The translations under genes were made by a program, and so were the position numbers. DNA of 64,000 nt from contig CADBUI010000017.1 of assembly GCA_902797855.1 (NCBI GenBank), forward strand, positions 6,560 through 70,559, written 5' to 3'. The notes beneath the pieces are model-generated. The model made no database searches. It was not told where the DNA came from and saw only the letters and a list, made by a program, of their open reading frames with translations. The DNA is from an uncultured Erysipelotrichaceae bacterium (GTDB taxonomy: Bacteria > Bacillota_I > Bacilli_A > RFN20 > CAG-826). Position 1 is the first letter of the stretch, and each line of letters begins with the position of its first letter. This document shows positions 58,701 to 64,000 of this stretch, piece after piece.

Positions 58701-58942
58701 GCGTTCTCTTTATCTTTAGAGATAACATCTTCAAGGATAATTGCAGCTTGTTCAAAATCACAAGCATTTCTTAGTTCAATTGCTTCGTTTAGTTTTTCTT
58801 GATATTTACTGGTGTATAAGTCTTTTGATAATTCTTTAACTGAAATATCTTTATGACAATATTTACATTTAACAATATCGTCATTTTGTGAAAAGAGAAG
58901 TTCTCCACCACAAAATGGACAAGCGTGAGTTAATTTCGCCAT
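55772..58942 (-). CDS. zinc-ribbon / TPR-like / TIR-domain protein with a long helical region and a C-terminal ~6-TM membrane domain
   Basis: Start set to ATG 58942 (MAKLTHACPFCGG..., with a GGGGG RBS). Zinc ribbon CPFCG...CKYC. TIR-like block YDVFISYKRQD...KIFILVCASPNKEYLNSPWVKSEWMRFKK (about 58058-58453). The C-terminal ~215 aa form multiple hydrophobic helices. Confidence 0.8.
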   Translation of the reverse strand: MAKLTHACPFCGGELLFSQNDDIVKCKYCHKDISVKELSKDLYTSKYQEKLNEAIELRNACDFEQAAIILEDVISKDKENAQAYYQLLLCEYGISFVDEDGNTTREVPILNLVHDESIFDKHYYKTLCEILKDNPETLEYYNQSLTQIDKLRMEAIDLMKEEEPYDVFISYKRQDNGVPTNDSEVARRLYDKFTSWGLKCFLAQKTLHEERFGEAFEPIIYSALMSAKIFILVCASPNKEYLNSPWVKSEWMRFKKRVETSKEKLLLIPVLEGGFKVDRLPTALKKFEALPLNEEFYQITNARFKNIIRVEKRSQFQNVTLDTSIKKLKTTAENISTQSFKGFKETDLDYSEKIEFEVATSDMETNTLKSYAKAYERLSKITETNPHNYNANLAKLKCDLFLPWKSSLMDAELNPYNIDRISQDFYNTIVVAKKEDALELSNIMTELLVKSLSQKPRVFLKILNDKNDFFLSVMSSFNDKEVMLEKIKLFEEPFIDQVDRKLAKRPNCLDDKDIETILLKVFKRFYSNYEEEGARLIIKLYNRVSRRYLSAYLFKFASRLNKVILGIDEYNKEALWSEFIIRHGGDDNSFALADKLTIKHFRTFDLNNIPSLEGNEDNIYYIIVKLISGGAKFNLSSEDNKFTLLLKSALIMVNNPKKIGLAKLIIKTLIEMSGSAKISHEDYLNLLLKSGNRFLIEKDYEEASKYFNEILANDEDNLEARWGLTKCEAKSPTNYSLLFYKGSIGDLSSFKVLLNKYYALKEKEGNALPENVYLKFYTAINNIKNGKQYKRFASVFKERNKELLDADLPEDDSIEQVLANLSSGVYLSESTSKRVRSKRHGRNHSLSARSSHSASLVLANVIPIVYMVIITLGVPIIAFFFEALYAALIVAGIFGLLILVNFILFRDFQFTHFKKQKLFAGVINYLMPILFAVAFVFGYFILNDVFTFEGTDEHGEIAVMSVIGCVLGLIAQVVAMFFRSRIKTYRLLFLTEGGSIVGFLIGMALLRICLINYEVFKDKYFILPLSFMACLVCIVIAAGIPVLISVLIGLNISKEE

Positions 58943-58996
58943 AATTTTCCCCCTGATAATAGAAAGATTCACCTTAAAGTGAATCAATCTAGAAAA

Positions 58997-60109
58997 TTAA
59001 AGTTCTTTACCGCAGTGTGGGCAGTATTTTCCTTTGGTTTTAATTGTCTTACCACAGTGTGGGCAAGATCTTTCTAATTCTTCAAGTTGGGCTCCACAGA
59101 CTGAGCAGAATGTTTGACCGTTTTCGATTGGTGCGCCACATTTTGGACAAAACGCTGCGCTTTTCTTAGTGTCTTCTTTCTTGTCAGCTTTTTCCCATCC
59201 AAGGATTTTAACGACTTCAAGATACTTATCGTAATCTTCACGTTTTAAACCGATGAGATATTTTTGTCTCTCCCAATTCTTATCATCAAGACGTTCAAGT
59301 TCACTTGCGATTTCTTTCGCGTCTTTTTTGAACTTCTCTTCATCTCTATTATCTTTAAGATATTGTTCAATTTCTTTACGTTTTTCTTCATCAATGAAGA
59401 ATTCTTCAATCGCAAATAATGGGACAAATAATCCATATTGTTCATTTAGCATTTCTGAAATGGTTGGTTGAATTCTTTCAGCGATTTCAAGTTCGTGAAG
59501 AGGAATATCAATATAACCGAGGTGAAGTTCATGAAGAACTTTTACGAATTCGTTCTTAATTACTTGTAAGACGAAGGAATTAACTCTTTCGAGTAGTTTA
59601 TCCATTGAGAAATCACGGTCACTACCAACAAGTCTTTCATGGAATTTAGCAACATCAGCGATTCTAATATCGTATTTACCTCTACCCTTAATATCGACAG
59701 GTATTTGAGTTTCTGGATCACGATATGGAATTGGTGAAGATGTTCCCCAGAATCCTTCATATGTTAGTGATGGGTTATAAACAATAACATCCACCACAAC
59801 AGCTTCTTTGAGTTTAGCTTTACCAAATAAGCCTTTAGAGATGTCTCCTTTTTCATAGATATCATATTTACCAGCGGAAAGAACTCCGCTAGAAATACCA
59901 TCTTTAATGATGACGGCTTTGTTTGGGCCGGAGATGATAATTTGAGCATCTGGTTCTCTAATATCACCATACACACGATAGAACAATCTATCGTTAGAGT
60001 TTTCAAGTCTAATCTTCCTAACGTTTTCAGGAAGTCTTAAAACATCATCCTTTCCCATCGATTTAGGATCAACGAGAAAAGTTTCAACAGGTTTATTTTT
60101 CTTAAACAT
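58997..60109 (-). CDS. SPFH-like (YdjI/COG4260-type) protein with C-terminal double zinc ribbons
   Basis: Start set to ATG 60109 (MFKKNKPVETF..., with an AAGGGGG RBS). The N-terminal ~250 aa resemble the YdjI-type SPFH-like fold. The C-terminus carries CPKCG...CSVCG and CPHCG...CPHCG. Confidence 0.65.
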   Translation of the reverse strand: MFKKNKPVETFLVDPKSMGKDDVLRLPENVRKIRLENSNDRLFYRVYGDIREPDAQIIISGPNKAVIIKDGISSGVLSAGKYDIYEKGDISKGLFGKAKLKEAVVVDVIVYNPSLTYEGFWGTSSPIPYRDPETQIPVDIKGRGKYDIRIADVAKFHERLVGSDRDFSMDKLLERVNSFVLQVIKNEFVKVLHELHLGYIDIPLHELEIAERIQPTISEMLNEQYGLFVPLFAIEEFFIDEEKRKEIEQYLKDNRDEEKFKKDAKEIASELERLDDKNWERQKYLIGLKREDYDKYLEVVKILGWEKADKKEDTKKSAAFCPKCGAPIENGQTFCSVCGAQLEELERSCPHCGKTIKTKGKYCPHCGKEL

Positions 60110-60134
60110 ATTTGCCCCCTTGTTTGATAAATAC

Positions 60135-60163
60135 ATTATATAGGCGCATATGCGATATTTCAA
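60135..60163 (-). promoter_or_regulatory. near-consensus sigma-A promoter of the SPFH-TIR-lipoprotein operon with a palindrome in the spacer
   Basis: Minus strand reads TTGAAA (60163-60158), 17 nt, TATAAT (60140-60135). The spacer contains the perfect 10-bp palindrome CGCATATGCG (60145-60154). Confidence 0.65.
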
Positions 60164-60300
60164 CGTGTAAAAATCTTAATTTTTTAACGGTAATGAAATA
60201 TACCGATTAAGTCGGTATTATATTTTTATGTTTCGTAAAGTTGTTGAATTACTAGTGGTTTATGAATACACTAAAAGCGTAATTAAAGGGGGCACTAATA

Positions 60301-60723
60301 ATGGCTATAATGTTTAGAATTATTGGTTGTGTTGATATGCTTGCCGTAAGCGCAGCGAGTATCTACACGATTATTGATTTTGCTAAGAAAGGACCACTAA
60401 GCGGATTATTCCCACTTTGGCTTGGCATTATCTTACTTATCGTATTTTTTATCACTGGTATTGCACTTGGATTATTATTTATCTCTCACGCGAAGAAACT
60501 TGATGATGAATGGAGAAACGCGACTAGAGAAAAAGAAAACTATTATACAGGCGAACATCTCCGTGAAATTAATGAAGGAGACAAAGTTGTCTTAACTTAT
60601 AAATATCCTGATTTAGAAATTGGAGAAGTTGGTAAGGTAGTTTCTATTAGAAGCTTGACCGCTGCAGTTGAATTTAAATCAGGGGTAGTTGAAGTAAGTA
60701 AATCCCACATTAAAAGAGCATAA
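60301..60723 (+). CDS. small membrane protein with a cytoplasmic beta-rich C-terminal domain
   Basis: 140 aa. Two TM helices, then GDKVVLTYKYPDLEIGEVGKVVSIRSLTAAVEF. AAAGGGGG RBS upstream. Confidence 0.6.
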   Translation: MAIMFRIIGCVDMLAVSAASIYTIIDFAKKGPLSGLFPLWLGIILLIVFFITGIALGLLFISHAKKLDDEWRNATREKENYYTGEHLREINEGDKVVLTYKYPDLEIGEVGKVVSIRSLTAAVEFKSGVVEVSKSHIKRA

Positions 60724-60735
60724 ATTATCTATAAG

Positions 60736-60766
60736 ATAAAGTTGGCATCGCTGCCAACTTTTTTCT
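60736..60766 (+). terminator. rho-independent terminator
   Basis: AAGTTGGCATCGCTGCCAACTT followed by TTTTCT. Confidence 0.8.
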
Positions 60767-60779
60767 ATTTTGCTTTGTT

Positions 60780-61625
60780 TTAATTCCAGAAGACTGGCCA
60801 GAATGAATCTTTACCATAATCTATCTCATTTAGTTTAATGAGTTTAATCATGTCTTCTTCACTTATTTCAAAGTCTAGTTTTGCGTTATCTTCAATATGT
60901 TCTTTACTACTTGCTTTAGGAATAGAAACGGTATCAAGTTGTAACGTATATTTAATACATAACTGAGCGACACTAACACGATATTTTTCTGCCATCTTGA
61001 TGATGGTTTCGTTTTTTAAGGCCGCTCCATGAGCGATTGGAGAATATGATTCGATGACTATGTCATGTTCTTGACAGAACTTGATAACATCCATAGGAGT
61101 GTTACCAATATGACATAAGACTTGGTTTACCATTGGTTTAACTCTACAGTCTTCTAAGATATTCTCAAGATCATCCACTAAGAAGTTAGATACTCCAATA
61201 GCTTTTACTTTCCCTTCGAAGTAGGCATCTTCAAGAGCTTTCCAGACTTCTTTATTTTGTTCAAAATAGCGTCTTTTTGAACGGAAGAAGGCCCAAGGTT
61301 GAGGACAATGAATAAGAATTAGATCAACATAATCTAAACCTAACTTTTTAAGAGATTCATCTATAGATGCCTTAGCTTTCTTATATGATTTATATTCGGC
61401 TTGTACTTTAGTTGTTATATATAGTTCATTACGAGAAAGACCACTATTTCTGATGCCTTCTCCTACACCTTCTTCATTTCCATATGCTTGAGCGGTATCA
61501 ATATGTCGATATCCAGCGTTAAGAGCGAGTTCAACACATTTCGCAACGTCTTTATTTTTAATTAGCCATGTTCCATAGGCTAAATTTGGAATCTTATTTC
61601 CATTATTAAGCGTTAATTCTTTCAT
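60780..61625 (-). CDS. aldo/keto reductase
   Basis: 281 aa. GYRHIDTAQAYGNE, LYITTK, DLILIHCP and SNF motifs of the AKR family. Confidence 0.92.
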   Translation of the reverse strand: MKELTLNNGNKIPNLAYGTWLIKNKDVAKCVELALNAGYRHIDTAQAYGNEEGVGEGIRNSGLSRNELYITTKVQAEYKSYKKAKASIDESLKKLGLDYVDLILIHCPQPWAFFRSKRRYFEQNKEVWKALEDAYFEGKVKAIGVSNFLVDDLENILEDCRVKPMVNQVLCHIGNTPMDVIKFCQEHDIVIESYSPIAHGAALKNETIIKMAEKYRVSVAQLCIKYTLQLDTVSIPKASSKEHIEDNAKLDFEISEEDMIKLIKLNEIDYGKDSFWPVFWN

Positions 61626-61627
61626 GA

Positions 61628-62086
61628 TTATTCCTCAAGTTCTCTAATGATTGTCTTCCTTTTTTGTATCTTACGAGAAAATACAACACTTCTTACCACA
61701 AAGCAGGCAACGCCCATAGCAACAAAGAAAATAAATAAGCCTAATCCAAATGAGAACATCATATAACCTGCCACCCAATTTGGATTAACCTCCCCATAAG
61801 AATATGTATTAACGTGATAGACTTCTTCGTTAGAAAATTTAATAATTCCAAAGACCATTAAAACTATAAATCCAACAGCGATAGCAAAGCTAACGATACC
61901 AAAAACAAGCATCATTCTTTGTCTAGCTTCTAAGACTTTTATTTCTTCTTCAAGTTCACTAACACTATATCTTTCCTTTAATATAGCGTTTCTTGATTTA
62001 GCTTCTTCTTTGATGAGTTTTTCACCACAGTTTGGACAGAATTTAGATTCTTCTTTAAGTTCCGCTCCACATTTTGGACAATTCAT
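61628..62086 (-). CDS. zinc-ribbon membrane protein
   Basis: MNCPKCGAELKEESKFCPNCGEKL followed by two TM helices. 152 aa. Confidence 0.65.
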   Translation of the reverse strand: MNCPKCGAELKEESKFCPNCGEKLIKEEAKSRNAILKERYSVSELEEEIKVLEARQRMMLVFGIVSFAIAVGFIVLMVFGIIKFSNEEVYHVNTYSYGEVNPNWVAGYMMFSFGLGLFIFFVAMGVACFVVRSVVFSRKIQKRKTIIRELEE

Positions 62087-62167
62087 AATTAGTACCTCTT
62101 TTCTATATTATACATAAAGAACTATTAGTATATTTATTAAGTGCATCTGATAATTCAATTATTTAAA

Positions 62168-62198
62168 TTGATTTTGTGTATAAAAATGATATTATAAT
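62168..62198 (+). promoter_or_regulatory. candidate promoter of tRNA-Arg
   Basis: TTGATT (62168-62173) and TATAAT (62193-62198, 19-nt spacer). The -10 box ends 10 nt before the mature tRNA 5' end. Confidence 0.45.
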
Positions 62199-62208
62199 AC
62201 TCGTTGCT

Positions 62209-62285
62209 GCCCTCATAGCTCAGCTGGATAGAGCATCTGCCTTCTAAGCAGAGGGTCGAACGTTCGAGTCGTTTTGAGGGCGCCA
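62209..62285 (+). tRNA. tRNA-Arg (anticodon UCU), CCA encoded
   Basis: Acceptor stem GCCCTCA/TGAGGGC and D-arm TAGCTCAGCTGGATAGAGC. Anticodon stem TCTGC/GCAGA with loop CTTCTAA (anticodon TCT). T-arm GTCGAACGTTCGAGTCG... and 3' GCCA. Confidence 0.92.
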
Positions 62286-62291
62286 CTACTG

Positions 62292-62324
62292 AAAAAATTG
62301 AGTCTTGCAAAGACTCTTTTTTTT
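62292..62324. terminator. bidirectional terminator after tRNA-Arg and after the NERD gene
   Basis: GAGTCTT-GCA-AAGACTC flanked by AAAAAA and TTTTTTTT. Confidence 0.8.
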
Positions 62325-63042
62325 ACATTTTGACGAACTTAATATATTTACATGTTGGATAGTTTGGACATAAATATATCACACCATTTGGCCTATCGCT
62401 GCTTAACAATTTAGCTCCACAATATGGGCAAACATCATTAACTTTTGATTTCTTATACTCTCTAATATTTTTAATATGTTCGACATCTGAAAGATCACTA
62501 TTATATGATTCAATCACATCTGCAACATTATTGATTTCTTCACTTGTTAATATTACTCCATTATCAAAATTGTCTAGGTACTCTTTTAAGTCTCTAACGT
62601 TTATAACGTTACTACTTGCAATGCTCGCCGCATTATCATTCGCCATAACAATAATTGAATTAACATTATAACGATCGCCTAAAATATTTCTAAGTATTCG
62701 GCAATGAGCCTCATTTTGCTTAATAGGATTAAAATGTTGATAAATCTCGCCATCAGATAATATTTGCGTCCATTTGAAGCTGTTCTGATCACCAATTATA
62801 GTTCCTTTCAAACTTTTGGTTTCAATACAAAATATTCCGTTTTTTCTGATTTCTACGTGATCAATTTGGTGACTATGTCCGTTCTTATCAATAATAATCA
62901 AGTTGTTAATTGTGCGATGGACAAGTTTTTTATCAGGATCATAATTAAGTACAACACGAACTTTCGCTTCACCTATAGTACCGTGTCTCCTGGCGCGATA
63001 TGGTCTAGTAGCAGTTTTGATAACTCTTCTTAAGATCCTCAT
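62323..63042 (-). CDS. NERD (nuclease-related domain) protein with a C-terminal topoisomerase-type zinc ribbon
   Basis: 239 aa. GTIGEAKV...QIDHVEIRKNGIFCIETKSLKGTI...FNPIKQNEAH fits the NERD pattern. The C-terminus is CPYCGAKL...CPNYPTCKY. Confidence 0.8.
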   Translation of the reverse strand: MRILRRVIKTATRPYRARRHGTIGEAKVRVVLNYDPDKKLVHRTINNLIIIDKNGHSHQIDHVEIRKNGIFCIETKSLKGTIIGDQNSFKWTQILSDGEIYQHFNPIKQNEAHCRILRNILGDRYNVNSIIVMANDNAASIASSNVINVRDLKEYLDNFDNGVILTSEEINNVADVIESYNSDLSDVEHIKNIREYKKSKVNDVCPYCGAKLLSSDRPNGVIYLCPNYPTCKYIKFVKM

Positions 63043-63106
63043 ACTTTTTATTATAAAAATTTAGTTAATAATCCCAAATAGAAATATTAAATGTTATGCT
63101 AATAAT

Positions 63107-63988
63107 ATGGATATAATCAGGATAATTCATTACGTATCAAGCAATAGTAACGACACAGTTTTATATGCGTTACTTGGCATATTCTTCATTGCGCCTGCTG
63201 TCTTATCGATAATCGCCTTGATTATAGTTTTAATCATCTATATTCCTTTTAAAAAATATAGAGAATTTGTTTTGAATCATAGTATAGCTATCAAAAATCT
63301 CACAAAACTTAATTCAAAATACAAATTTGGTCATGCGCCTTGGAAAGAATACACCAAGGCTTACGATAACCAGGATTTTTACAACGATATTTCAACTCTA
63401 GACTATTTAATCTATCAACTTCAATATGATCAAAAAGAGATAAAAGCATCTATCCAAAAAGCGTTAAACAATAAAACGCTTTATGCTGCCTACATGAAAG
63501 ATGTAAAAGAGATTAATAAATTAGGAGAGTATGATGCGCCCATAGAAAAGCTAAACAGAGAAAAACTAATAAAAGTAGAAAATAAGCAATTCGATAGATT
63601 GATCAAGACACCTGATATAGATTTTAAAGTGAAAGTAGTTTTGGTTTTAACCAAAATCAATGATGCATACGTTACTTCAAAAACACATAGTTATTCTCCA
63701 GAAGAAATATCTGAAATAATCAAAAGACTCAACCAAAAAAGAGGAAATTATTACTTAAATAAAGAAATTTGGGACGCAATATGTAGAGTGGAAAGAGGCA
63801 AAGTCACTAATAAACTAAGATTTTACATTTACAATCGAGACCACAACCGATGTAGATACTGCGGTAGTACAAGAAATCTTGAAGTTGATCATATTATTCC
63901 TATATCTAAAGGTGGCAAAAGTACTCCCGACAATTTACAAACTCTCTGCCATAAATGTAACGTTAAAAAGGGAACTGATATATATTGA
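63107..63988 (+). CDS. membrane-anchored HNH endonuclease
   Basis: 293 aa. N-terminal TM helix (LLGIFFIAPAVLSIIALIIVLIIYIPF). C-terminal HNH: NRDHNRCRYCGSTRNLEVDHIIPISKGGKSTPDNLQTLCHKCNVKKG. Confidence 0.85.
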   Translation: MDIIRIIHYVSSNSNDTVLYALLGIFFIAPAVLSIIALIIVLIIYIPFKKYREFVLNHSIAIKNLTKLNSKYKFGHAPWKEYTKAYDNQDFYNDISTLDYLIYQLQYDQKEIKASIQKALNNKTLYAAYMKDVKEINKLGEYDAPIEKLNREKLIKVENKQFDRLIKTPDIDFKVKVVLVLTKINDAYVTSKTHSYSPEEISEIIKRLNQKRGNYYLNKEIWDAICRVERGKVTNKLRFYIYNRDHNRCRYCGSTRNLEVDHIIPISKGGKSTPDNLQTLCHKCNVKKGTDIY

Positions 63989-64000
63989 TAATCTATATAT

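Noticed and set aside
62286-64000. Direct repeat of the tRNA-Arg 3' end (att site) downstream of the tRNA
   Set aside because: None was found by eye within the remaining 1.7 kb. I cannot exclude one beyond the window, so no mobile element is called.

Overview
AT-rich bacterial chromosome segment that uses the standard genetic code: TGA ends genes such as hrcA, and Trp is encoded by TGG. About 55 genes are tightly packed, nearly all on the minus strand. The backbone is a housekeeping block syntenic with the Bacillus subtilis comE-to-sigA region. Reading along the minus strand it runs valS (with a Val T-box leader), comEA-comEC-holA, (rpsT), lepA, hemW, hrcA-grpE-dnaK-dnaJ, rsmE, mtaB, rpmF, deoC, rpsU, ybeY-cdd-era-recO-glyQS-dnaG-rpoD. 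A separate lon-engB / tig block is also present. Three traits point to a wall-less or reduced Bacilli lineage with a standard code (Acholeplasma-like or related uncultured groups): the lon-tig-helical-protein arrangement, CIRCE operators in front of lon, and membrane-anchored nucleases. That lineage call is inference only. Accessory genes are inserted into the backbone. The most interesting is a three-gene minus-strand operon at 54537-60163. It encodes an SPFH/YdjI-like zinc-ribbon protein, a large zinc-ribbon/TPR/TIR protein ending in about 6 TM helices, and a Gly-rich lipoprotein. It has its own near-consensus promoter carrying a perfect palindrome, and I flag it as a candidate undescribed membrane-associated TIR (NADase-type) system. 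Other notable items:
- a translationally coupled 7-gene operon linking a DUF1538-type membrane protein, two PII-like proteins and a secreted C39-like cysteine peptidase plus lipoprotein
- duplicated twin-CIRCE promoter modules at hrcA and lon
- two tandem membrane-anchored endonuclease-I paralogues
- a C39-peptidase/TM protein with no ABC domain
- a PD-(D/E)XK nuclease fused to an XPD/DinG Fe-S helicase
- an acyl-AMP ligase fused to a carrier domain
- an HTH-TrpB fusion
- a tRNA-Arg(UCU) followed by NERD and HNH nuclease genes
- a structured 270-bp intergenic region

No CRISPR array, rRNA, transposase or integrase was seen. All family assignments come from motif recognition by eye, not from database searches.
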